The position numbers and the translations under genes are program-made. A stretch of 64,000 nt of DNA, from positions 1 through 64,000 of the IMG/VR virus record IMGVR_UViG_3300007863_000001; one strand, 5' to 3'. Below are positions 57,201 to 64,000 of this stretch, piece after piece. Numbering within the stretch: the stretch's first letter is position 1; each line of letters starts with the position of its first letter. The DNA comes from a virus. Below the pieces are notes generated by a model that was not told the origin of the DNA, did no database searches, and saw nothing but the letters and a program-made list of their open reading frames with translations.

Positions 57201-60200
57201 TCCTTGATAACGAACTTGCAGATAGAACTCCCGACTTCAAGCCTTCTCTTGTCACTCAGCAGTTCACGGGTGCTAATATCTCCACAGAGACAAATATCTT
57301 TAATATTGCAGCTCATCCATTCCAGAATGAAGATTCTATTATCTATGAAGGTAATGAAGATGCAAATCCAAGAGATTTAGTTGGTGGACTTGTCAATAAT
57401 GGCATCTATTATGTTGGATACATTGATGCTTCTAACTTTAAATTGTATCTAGATGAAGGTCTTGATAGTGCTGTAAATATTGATTCGTCTATTACTGGTG
57501 TTAACACATTCACAAAGAACTCTATTGAATTCTTCGTTGATGATATCATTGAGCATCATCAGCAATATCAGCAACTACAACTTGCATCTACCCCAACATC
57601 TACTTGGGTTGCAGGTAGAGAAGTTACACAGTCAGGTAGTGGAGCAGTTGGTTTTGCTGTTACTTATCTCTCAGATGTAAACAGTTTGATTGTTTCCGTT
57701 GAAGAAGTTGGTGGGGTAAGGAATGTATTTAATACTTCCGGCGCAGTTGCAGACCATGCACCTTCACCTGTAGCAATAGGAGTCACTGGTGTTGTTGGTC
57801 TTACCACTTATCACACCATTAACTTCAAAGTTAATTCAACTGATAATGCGAGCACTGTTATCGGTATCGCAAGTCTTGTTGAGACTTATAGATGCCATAT
57901 GCACAGACCATCTATCATTAACTCCTCTGCACACACTTGGGAGTACTCTGGTTCTGGTACTGACTATAACGCACTACCACAGAATGGTGGTCAATCACAA
58001 CCAAATACTGAGCAAATCTCTGAACTTGGTGGTCGAGTCTTCGCATCAGGTACTACTGAACTAGGTGACTTTAAGATTGGTTCTCAAATTACTGCGTTTA
58101 ACAGAACTGGTAGTATCGTCTTCAACAACAAAGTAACCATTGGTGAACTTGATTCAATCCGATTATCACTTTCTGGTGGTGTTGCGATTGAAGAATTCTC
58201 AACTGATGTCGGACTTGGTGAAAACGAAACTGGTGGTCCTCAGAATAAGAGAGTTGCAACTCAGTTAGCAGTTAGAAGTTTCTTAAGCAACAGACTAGGA
58301 ACATTCATTGACAAGGTTGTATCAACCAACGCAATTCCAAATGCTGTTGTTCAGTTGAACTCTAATGGTCAAATTAACTCTGACCTAATTCCACCTAAAG
58401 TTGTCAACTTTGTTCAAACAAACGTTGCAGCAGGTAGAACCGTTCTTGTTAACGAGATTCCTGCTTACAACATCATTCAGGGTGACACAGTTGTTGAACC
58501 AGATGATGCGTTCGTACTTGTAAATGATACTTTAGGACAGTACCTAATCATTGATAATAACTATGGTGGTTCTGGATACATTCACAATTTCAGCAATGGA
58601 GATACTGTTACTAGTGCTCTAAGTGCTATTGTAACTGGTGTTGTTACTGCACCTCCTGGTGGAGTTGGAATTGGAACAACTATTGCCGAGTACACTGGTT
58701 ACGGTTCTACAGGTTATGTCAGAGGTGTTGGTTTAGGTCTAGTAGTCACACAAGCAGGTTCTGGGTATAACAATGCAGGCATTTACAGTGGCATTCCACT
58801 CAGTCCAGTAACTGGTTCTGGTTCAGGAATGCTCGCAATTGTTACAATTAATATTTCTGGACAAGTTAATCAAATTGATGTCCTTGCCGGTGGTAAGGGA
58901 TATGCAACAAATGATATCCTGACAGTTTCCGACCCTAACTTATTGGGTGGAAGAACTGGAGGTGCAGATGTTCAGTTGAAGGTTACTGATTGGGAGACAA
59001 GACTGTATATTGCACTAACAAATAATCAGAAGTTTGCTGGTTCTGCAGCACTCAATGACTATATTGCAGATGCAAATGCTGGTACTGCAACAACTACACT
59101 CACTGCATCATATAGTGTTCCATTCGACCCAACTGACATTGGAATTGGTGGTGATGTTGACTTTGCAAACGATAGAATTGTAGTTGGAGCAAGTCAATAC
59201 GCAGATGGTGACCCAGTTCTTTATAATACGAATGGTGGCAATATTCTCGTTGCTGGTGGACAGGGAATTCTTAACTTAACCACATATTACACTAAAGTTG
59301 TTGGTGCTGGTACTTCTATCGAGATTTATAGAAACTACTCACTAACAGATCAGGTTGACTTAACCGGTAGTGGTGGTGGAACCCACGAATTCCGTAGAGA
59401 TACTGCAAGATTTGAGAAGAATACAATTGCTTGGGTCAATCATGGATTCAGCACAGGTGAAGCAATCAGAGTAAGTGGACAAACTCCATTAGGTATTTCC
59501 ACTGGTTCCTTCTACTATACTGGTTCTATCACACAGAACTCCTTCACATTGCACGAAACTGCATCTGATGCTGGTTTCTCTGTTGCTGGTGTAATCTTCA
59601 ACGAAGTTGGAATTGCAGCATCTGCAACTGGTTCTATGACATTCACAGAATCGAATGTCAGATACAATGATTCAGTCAATACATCTTCAACTAATGTAAA
59701 CAACTGGTCACTACTTGCAAGACAAGATATTGACGCATCCAACATCATCTCTGGTATTGTCAATACCTCAAGACTTGGTGGTGGTACTGCAAACTCCGAT
59801 ACTGTCTTAACGGGTGGTTCTGCGTTCCTCAAGAACGTATTCAAGATGGGCATTGATGCTAATGCTCCAATTACACTTTCATCCTCCTCACAGGAGTTCC
59901 CGAATGGTGGAACAGGAATTGTTACCCACTACGGAACAGTTAACATTGGAATTACTTCTGTTGCACAATCACTTGATACATATTCAACTATTGGTTTCGC
60001 AAAATTCAAGAACTCTACATTTGCTATTGATGCAACTGGTGGTGTAAGTATAAAGAATTCTTCAACTGGTGACATTGATGCAGTATCACTTGAATCACGC
60101 AGTCTCGCATACGTACTCAACTCTGCTAATCACACTGGTGCAATTCCAGTAACAAGAGGTGGTACAGGTCTATCTGCTGCTCCAGCAAACGGTGCATTCC

Positions 60201-61558
60201 TCCAAGGTAATGGTACTGGTTATAACTTAACTACAAGTCCAACATTCACTGGTCAACTTAAAATCACTGCTAGTGTTGACTATGCACTTGATATCAACAC
60301 CAACAGAGATGCTAAGATTGTTCTTAGAGGAACAAATAATCCTTATATCCGTTGGAGACAATCTAATACTGATAGACTCTATATTCAGTGGGTAGATAGT
60401 TATAATGCACCACTCTATAGAAACCAAGAGTCCTCATATCATTACTTTAGAGGTAATAACTCTGGTGGTATCATACTTCAGGATAATGGTGGATCCAATC
60501 GTGGTTATCTATATCATGATGGTGGTGATAGTTTCGGTCTCCTTGACCGTGATGGTAACTGGGCAGTTCGTGTCGTAAGAGATAGTCATGTTGACTTCCG
60601 TGATAATAACGAATCAGTATTTACCGTAGGTCAAGGTGGACATAGTTCAAACTATGGTACTGTTTCCACCCAAGGTGGTGGTAGAGGTGGATGGGAAGGT
60701 TATTCCATCAACGGTCGTTATGTATTCATGAGTTCTGATAACAATTCTTGTGGTTGGTATAATGACGTTGATAACCGTTGGTTAATTTACTATCAGAGAA
60801 ATGATAGATTAGACTTCTATGATCCTGATGGTGGTCAGGTTTGGTTCCGTAATGATAACGGTGAAATCCAAACGTTCATCCACGAACGTAAGTATGATAA
60901 TGATTATCTATACTTCGGTAATGATGCAGACTTCAGAACTCATCACAATGGCAGTCACCAGTACTTCCGCAATTATAACCACGGAAGTGGTGACTACTAC
61001 TTCCAAGGTGAAGACCATCAGGGAACTAACCATGCTCTCCTCTACCTGATTACCAATGGTAATAATCCATATGTTGACCTATATTATGATGGTGACTTAA
61101 AACTTAGAACTATCAATAATGGTATTCAGGTTTATGGTAGAGTATATGCAAGAGGTGGATTCCAAAACCAGTCAGACTCTAGACTTAAAGATAATGTTGA
61201 AAAGATTAATAATGCACTAGAAAAAATTGAGGCAATTAGAGGTGTAACATTCGACTGGAATGAAAAGTCAAAAGACATGGCTGGTATTCGTGATTATGGT
61301 GTTATCGCACAAGAGGTTGAACCAGTTCTCCCAGAACTTGTTGAAGAAAGAGAAGAGGAGATTACAAGAAAGAGAACAGAGGAAGAAATTGAGGATGATG
61401 GAACTCCAGTTGACATTGTTATCGGAATTGAAACTTACAAGGTTATGAATTACAATGGTCTAATTCCTGTTCTCATTGAAGGTGTTAAAGAACTTTCCGA
61501 AAAACTCAACATAATTGAAACAAGACTGAATAGTGCTGGGATTAGTTCGGGTTCCTAA
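51236..61558 (+). CDS. Giant tail fibre/spike (about 3440 aa): Mtd_N anchor, two nested domain trees, a beta-helix-like region and an S74 chaperone
   Basis: ATG 51236 preferred over TTG 51218 because MANTKRVQFRRGT aligns with the preceding gene's start. IFVS..NG.D.NDG, G.Y.E.NPI...GDSLR and SPYIQNCS beta-helix motifs; NQ|SDSRLKDNV...GVIAQEVE. Confidence 0.88.
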   Translation: MANTKRVQFRRGTDAEHQVFTGAPGEITVNTSNNSIHVHDGVTPAGVAAARSDFNNVTAGIITGSLRVGGANTLGTHSYEMTVGVGETAGVIIDGGVDIYGSQNIVGSSTITDGNFSVSGATTTSSWGMTVGHGTTEVIIQGNARITGILSVGQNTISIDGNTNKISVIDLESETITSNNFNFVSIAQTTFTHSTETSDIVAIGGTIIPVVGLNTVAVGDFVTISPYFTNAKVVGIGSTTVTTSFTKIIKFTSVVNDVGVGATSFAVGNLDGVIVGNSIDVGNFISGASITGISSIATSTTNTDLELFLTVTQDADAGATQIAVGSTSGIGVGNSVTTGSGGTSFVADGGTTTERITAIGTIPVGTVNVITNSTSTVGSAGTEGELSIVGGGTTFFVDSATKIDTGYTVLISGESDNTVASVNVNTGLITLSTGVSGDVFSGTDVDFTRITVGFTDSVIGSTQATNTASAGANLIEVNSVENVSIGSSVSVITGDLSTELYFRRIAGINTVTPSITIDGTLPFDVDAATTLEYTDRLTTLPAITLANGVGAAVTANATTLSVSSAEQNFSPSVSVSSGSTETITSGTQVSISSFTNNADTVLIRPGAASTSEIALASTIDFRRESSSNTIINPASSEIGNLNVTGIATLGELTYPMFDGKEGQVLQTDGNGNIVFGAGGNSGSDTIIFVSSVNGNDENDGILLPVKSIKKGAQLASKVQKTEVSVLVETGEYLEDNPIIVYDNVSIIGDSLRNIVVRPLNAGKDLFKVRNGCYITGMTFNDFVDGDTKVPQHTWDYAIAFDDPFDTNLDRTGYASTEILKLTNAIYTKETGITTFTTEKKHDFYRGNTARVAGIAWTCGYDEGGIRNINYDHVSGVSTLTFYGDANFTANNVGGATSSSKYYWSEGQRLYLNNLMFECSPEHIGLTTGTYPYPGLDDTYGAVYPITGVNTATKQITIQGGVSTIPHVYKAWESLGISTFEYDNVSGICTIETRYRHNLNDNDNITLGNLPFTCSAEHTGVTTHVFPDGTLNTFNHDGYTFKVRSSGIAASITGADYDGVSGIMTVTSPSHGMSTGDELRIATEGISFTCDQDDNQQPSAYPRATDPAAGQWLSVTVIDANTLSVDVGNAGTASTSVHTYSSSTDFPISLFPNKFTVNAGTSTIPHTYEGYAPENISGFTYDAYTGIATVTTAATLNAVAGEHISLVGLQLTCTDQSLGITKDITFADYDHISGVTTIHTKNAHDLKLGSKIHLEDLRFECDYGISVYPKGEYFTPTDVSYNTANGDLVFTIGSHSLTTNDYIDIADNSIAFTCTMDGGQEAKTYPRAGIDPYAGRSIQISGTTATQITVNVGSAGTDVYFTPTGATYDPSTGVMEVTVGQHGLGVGRGVVLEDNSFTFTCLTDPNDPKTYPRSGQDPFAGKSIPITSVGMSTHTATDAPYNAGTGAITVTVSAHGFANGDFVLIEDDSLTYNCVLDGNVEQKSYPRKNYDYASGRWLRVSNVTTNTFDINIGASSYAGAHTFISASSNGVKRQTGTFTLQVGTSSDTSDHTFVSATANAIKHEPQAAHTFNAAASNLTNAVSTSGKDLNVLSVISPNKFTVNVGVSTLAHTYLDKGVLNRYYTPKNNVTAADYDHISGVTTITAPGSYFNPGEIIYLDGMTFSCAYGTDTYPSGNLGYGFTVTSVTNNEFDTFTFVCNVGVSTLAHTYVSGGTVQSGITTTIFPDGTSYPRDAFEVLTVNNATEIEIQVGKSDIPHTYISGGTAQVTPITRKVGTAQQVQYYPELNRSGKIDFGVVNSLNDLQFLIRGETNERDHFYTQGGQVELSKPKINKSPYIQNCSILSSLGGNGILVDGDKIISTNRGLIPELGEIPVVLPSPEFGKSMVAATFTMISFGGIGWRTINDGYAQVVSCFQIFCGYGSLCQSGGYLSITNSATNFGRFSLRATGYSRNSFVFDRGRVVNTGTSGGLQTLRVVGLGRSDQQLYVLKFLDNELADRTPDFKPSLVTQQFTGANISTETNIFNIAAHPFQNEDSIIYEGNEDANPRDLVGGLVNNGIYYVGYIDASNFKLYLDEGLDSAVNIDSSITGVNTFTKNSIEFFVDDIIEHHQQYQQLQLASTPTSTWVAGREVTQSGSGAVGFAVTYLSDVNSLIVSVEEVGGVRNVFNTSGAVADHAPSPVAIGVTGVVGLTTYHTINFKVNSTDNASTVIGIASLVETYRCHMHRPSIINSSAHTWEYSGSGTDYNALPQNGGQSQPNTEQISELGGRVFASGTTELGDFKIGSQITAFNRTGSIVFNNKVTIGELDSIRLSLSGGVAIEEFSTDVGLGENETGGPQNKRVATQLAVRSFLSNRLGTFIDKVVSTNAIPNAVVQLNSNGQINSDLIPPKVVNFVQTNVAAGRTVLVNEIPAYNIIQGDTVVEPDDAFVLVNDTLGQYLIIDNNYGGSGYIHNFSNGDTVTSALSAIVTGVVTAPPGGVGIGTTIAEYTGYGSTGYVRGVGLGLVVTQAGSGYNNAGIYSGIPLSPVTGSGSGMLAIVTINISGQVNQIDVLAGGKGYATNDILTVSDPNLLGGRTGGADVQLKVTDWETRLYIALTNNQKFAGSAALNDYIADANAGTATTTLTASYSVPFDPTDIGIGGDVDFANDRIVVGASQYADGDPVLYNTNGGNILVAGGQGILNLTTYYTKVVGAGTSIEIYRNYSLTDQVDLTGSGGGTHEFRRDTARFEKNTIAWVNHGFSTGEAIRVSGQTPLGISTGSFYYTGSITQNSFTLHETASDAGFSVAGVIFNEVGIAASATGSMTFTESNVRYNDSVNTSSTNVNNWSLLARQDIDASNIISGIVNTSRLGGGTANSDTVLTGGSAFLKNVFKMGIDANAPITLSSSSQEFPNGGTGIVTHYGTVNIGITSVAQSLDTYSTIGFAKFKNSTFAIDATGGVSIKNSSTGDIDAVSLESRSLAYVLNSANHTGAIPVTRGGTGLSAAPANGAFLQGNGTGYNLTTSPTFTGQLKITASVDYALDINTNRDAKIVLRGTNNPYIRWRQSNTDRLYIQWVDSYNAPLYRNQESSYHYFRGNNSGGIILQDNGGSNRGYLYHDGGDSFGLLDRDGNWAVRVVRDSHVDFRDNNESVFTVGQGGHSSNYGTVSTQGGGRGGWEGYSINGRYVFMSSDNNSCGWYNDVDNRWLIYYQRNDRLDFYDPDGGQVWFRNDNGEIQTFIHERKYDNDYLYFGNDADFRTHHNGSHQYFRNYNHGSGDYYFQGEDHQGTNHALLYLITNGNNPYVDLYYDGDLKLRTINNGIQVYGRVYARGGFQNQSDSRLKDNVEKINNALEKIEAIRGVTFDWNEKSKDMAGIRDYGVIAQEVEPVLPELVEEREEEITRKRTEEEIEDDGTPVDIVIGIETYKVMNYNGLIPVLIEGVKELSEKLNIIETRLNSAGISSGS

Positions 61559-61581
61559 ACAACTTATGGTGTCATGACCGT

Positions 61582-61589
61582 TATAAATA
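61582..61589 (+). promoter_or_regulatory. T4 late promoter
   Basis: TATAAATA. Confidence 0.7.
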
Positions 61590-61615
61590 AAAATAAACAG
61601 TTTGTTTGTTGAGAC

Positions 61616-61984
61616 ATGGCACCATACAATATAACTTCAGAAACCGTTGAGTGGACTTGGAACATCAGGGACGCAGAGGTTAGTAGGAAAATAGATGGAC
61701 GCACAGATGTTGTTGCGTCCATTTTGTGGTCTCTTGAAGGTGAATTTTTCGGACCAAATGATAGACCTGGACATTCAGATCAGTACATGGAGCAAGTATC
61801 TGGTACTACTATACTAGCACCTCCTTCTGATGATAACTTTTCCGATATTAGTACTGTCAAAAAAAGTGTTTTAAGAAGATGGTTACTTGGAACATTGACT
61901 GATTTTGAACAAAATGAAATAAAGCAAAAAGTACTAAAAAAGTTAGACAAGACTTGCAATAGTGATACGTATTGGCTTGGCTAA
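61616..61984 (+). CDS. Small tail-fibre-associated protein (possible assembly factor)
   Basis: WTWNI.......DG..DVV..I.W pattern, which I associate with genes downstream of S74 fibres in marine phages. Confidence 0.6.
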   Translation: MAPYNITSETVEWTWNIRDAEVSRKIDGRTDVVASILWSLEGEFFGPNDRPGHSDQYMEQVSGTTILAPPSDDNFSDISTVKKSVLRRWLLGTLTDFEQNEIKQKVLKKLDKTCNSDTYWLG

Positions 61985-62028
61985 TAACACAATTTAATTG
62001 TATAATTTTTTTATTATAAAGTAATACT

Positions 62029-62739
62029 ATGAAAGAACAAGAAAAAAAAATAGAGCAGTCTATAATTTTTGGTGACTGTATCTGGAGTCAAGATATAGAT
62101 CTCAATAATACAGATATTGATAATGATAATTTAATTGATTATGCATATGAAGTTTATCGAACACAGTCTAAGATTAAAAAATCTAATAGACTAGGATTTC
62201 AAAGTAGTAGTCTACCAACAACACCACAAACGGCTGACTCACGATTAAAACCATTACTTACAGAAGTTGTAAGTTTTGCTCAGAGTATTTGTTATGATCA
62301 ATTATATAAAAATGCAGAGGAATCTGGTTTACTTTTTGGTGTAGATTCTTGGTTGAATATAAATCAAAAATATGCATACAATCAACCCCATATCCATGGA
62401 GGCAATACTCTCCTTAGTTTAATTTATTATGCACAGACTCCAGAGAATTGTGGCAATTTTTATCTTACTAGAGAAGATTCCAGAGTAGATTTAATATCAA
62501 GATTTAAGATTGATAATTTTTTCCCTATGGCACCGCAAATACATTATAAACCTACACCAGGAAAAATATTAGCTACTCCTGGTTGGGTTACTCATGGTGT
62601 CGAACAGAACCTTTCTGATGAAGATAGGATTTCATTTGCGTTTAATATAAATTTAATGCCAAATAATAATAATGATAATGATAATGATAATCAACCTTTA
62701 GACAAAGAAGAGCAAAAAGTGAATAAGTATGCATATTGA
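62029..62739 (+). CDS. 2OG-Fe(II) oxygenase-like protein (TIGR02466-type)
   Basis: KSNRLGFQS, WLNIN..YAYN.PHIH, LS.IYY, PGWVTHGV..N.S.EDRISFAFN. Confidence 0.85.
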   Translation: MKEQEKKIEQSIIFGDCIWSQDIDLNNTDIDNDNLIDYAYEVYRTQSKIKKSNRLGFQSSSLPTTPQTADSRLKPLLTEVVSFAQSICYDQLYKNAEESGLLFGVDSWLNINQKYAYNQPHIHGGNTLLSLIYYAQTPENCGNFYLTREDSRVDLISRFKIDNFFPMAPQIHYKPTPGKILATPGWVTHGVEQNLSDEDRISFAFNINLMPNNNNDNDNDNQPLDKEEQKVNKYAY

Positions 62740-63358
62740 ATTAAGTAGGAAAAAAATATCTTTATTTCCTACAATATTATATCAATTTAAAATCGATGAA
62801 TATTTAATAGACGAATTGAGCAAAATAATATTAAATGAATATAAACAATGGGGAAATAGCAACTATATTTCAGTAAGTTCTGATGATCAACATAAAAGAG
62901 AAGATAGTTGCATAAAAGAAATATCTAAGTTATTAGATGACGAAATACTTGCTATATTAGAAAATATGAAAGTAATGAGAATGTCTCATTACATTTCTGG
63001 TATGTGGCATAATGTTTCAAAAGAACCTTATCAACATCAGCAGCACACTCATCCAAATTCATTCTTAAGTGGGATAATTTATATCAATTGTCCTGATGGT
63101 TGTGGGAACACAGTATTTACCGACCCAGTGTCAGAAAGAAAAGTATTTTTACCAGATCTTTTTGATATGAATCAAGAAAACTCTAGGGCATTTTCTGTAA
63201 AACCAGAAAAAGGTCTTGTTACAATATTTCCCTCTTGGTTAAATCATCAGGTAAATAATGGAACTATGAAATCAACAGACTTGAGGATTTCTACTGCATT
63301 CAACTACAATCTACATGGAAAGGCATCTCAATTAAATACTGCTAGACTAGAATACTAA
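62729..63358 (+). CDS. 2OG-Fe(II) oxygenase-like protein (TIGR02466-type)
   Basis: LFPT, MW.N, HTHPNSFLSGIIY, FPSWLNHQV, RISTAFN. Confidence 0.85.
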   Translation: MHIELSRKKISLFPTILYQFKIDEYLIDELSKIILNEYKQWGNSNYISVSSDDQHKREDSCIKEISKLLDDEILAILENMKVMRMSHYISGMWHNVSKEPYQHQQHTHPNSFLSGIIYINCPDGCGNTVFTDPVSERKVFLPDLFDMNQENSRAFSVKPEKGLVTIFPSWLNHQVNNGTMKSTDLRISTAFNYNLHGKASQLNTARLEY

Positions 63359-63386
63359 ATACAACGTATAGTTATTATTTTTACTT

Positions 63387-63662
63387 ATGGAATTGACAGA
63401 TCAACAAAAACACTTGAAGCGTTTAAAGGAACAGCAAGACGAAGTTATTACAAGACACACAAAAGCATCTGCAGAAATCAATGAATGTAGAGATATGATT
63501 ATGAAACTTCAGGGTGCTATTGATTATCTTGAGCAAATTGGTGTCACTATACAGGAAACAGAAGATGACAGTGATAAAGACAATCCATTAGCAACTGAGG
63601 GAGACATAGATGGACCAATAGAACCAGTTGTTGGTCCAGTATTTACACCAAATCCAGATTGA
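63387..63662 (+). CDS. Small coiled-coil hypothetical protein with an acidic tail
   Basis: KLQGAIDYLEQIGV; late-promoter-like CTAAATA at 63355. Confidence 0.7.
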   Translation: MELTDQQKHLKRLKEQQDEVITRHTKASAEINECRDMIMKLQGAIDYLEQIGVTIQETEDDSDKDNPLATEGDIDGPIEPVVGPVFTPNPD

Positions 63663-63670
63663 TATTACTC

Positions 63671-63698
63671 AAAAGACCGCAAATGCGGTCTTTTTTTT
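63671..63698 (+). terminator. Intrinsic terminator
   Basis: aaaagaccgc-aaat-gcggtctttt followed by a T run. Confidence 0.9.
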
Positions 63699-63699
63699 C

Positions 63700-63707
63700 T
63701 ATAAATA
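63700..63707 (+). promoter_or_regulatory. T4 late promoter for gp13
   Basis: TATAAATA directly after the terminator. Confidence 0.75.
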
Positions 63708-63733
63708 CATTTAGAGGTATGTTTGGTTTATAA

Positions 63734-64000
63734 ATGGCACAGCCATCATCGAGAGCAGAACTAAAGGAGTATTGTCTGAAGCAACTAGGCAAACCAGTTT
63801 TAGAAGTAAATGTAGACGATGATCAAATTGATGATTTGATTGATGATGCTCTTCAATATTACAATGAACGTCATTATGATGGTGTAGAAAGAGTTTTCCT
63901 AAAGCATAAAATTACTGCAGAAGAAAAAGAAATTATAAGAACTGGTGTAACAACTACAACAGCAACTTCTTCAGTTGGTGTTTCTACAGTATCGTATAAC
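63734..64000 (+). CDS. gp13: Neck protein gp13 (partial; runs off the window end)
   Basis: Translated by hand: MAQPSSRAELKEYCLKQLGKPVLEVNVDDDQIDDLIDDALQYYNERHYDGVE. Confidence 0.92.
   Translation, partial: MAQPSSRAELKEYCLKQLGKPVLEVNVDDDQIDDLIDDALQYYNERHYDGVERVFLKHKITAEEKEIIRTGVTTTTATSSVGVSTVSYN

Noticed and set aside
7067-60427. Numerous minus-strand ORFs of 60-240 aa (e.g. 15097-15780, 33657-34382, 52621-53130)
   Set aside because: They are antisense shadows of Gly/Thr/Ser/Val-rich genes, with no supporting RBS, promoter or recognisable motif.
48298-61558. Diversity-generating retroelement, suggested by the Mtd-like N-termini
   Set aside because: Only the Mtd N-terminal anchor is present. 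I saw no reverse transcriptase, no C-terminal CLec variable region and no TR/VR pair differing at adenines; both proteins end in S74 chaperones.
62662-62691. AAT/GATAAT microsatellite
   Set aside because: It encodes an in-frame low-complexity Asn/Asp linker after the oxygenase fold; unit changes would not shift the frame.
27529-63734. Absence of recognisable gp9-gp12 and wac between gp8 and gp13
   Set aside because: This is usual for cyanomyoviruses, where the interval is filled with lineage-specific fibres; not novel in itself.
1-64000. tRNA/rRNA genes or a recoded genetic code
   Set aside because: No cloverleaf or T-loop signatures were seen in the few intergenic gaps; TAA, TAG and TGA all end genes at sensible boundaries under the standard code.

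Overview
This 64 kb window is an AT-rich segment of a T4-like cyanomyovirus genome (Kyanoviridae-type), with essentially all real genes on the + strand. Positions 1-630 are non-coding, with a degenerate repeat array of about 25-bp period and a near-consensus sigma70 promoter. Positions 631-3214 hold small genes: a GT-A glycosyltransferase-like protein, a basic peptide, a SET-domain protein and conserved hypotheticals. Positions 3264-64000 are the late virion module: gp25, gp6, gp7, accessory fibre/LamG proteins, a second gp7-like giant, gp8, a VrlC-like protein, a cupredoxin-tipped fibre, an S8 protease, an acidic repeat protein, two Mtd_N/S74 tail fibres, two 2OG-Fe(II) oxygenases and the start of neck gp13. 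T4-type late promoters (TATAAATA and variants) punctuate this module. The main observation is that several virion proteins appear to be built by recursive 'Russian-doll' domain insertion. Their opening and closing half-domain motifs balance like brackets (9/9 in the 2586-aa protein; 10/10 and 5/5 in the 3446-aa fibre), which predicts branched, out-and-back protein trees. A 3-domain arm cassette is shared between two genes 30 kb apart. One domain appears split between gp7 and a gene 6.3 kb downstream. All family assignments are from motif recognition by eye; no searches were run.
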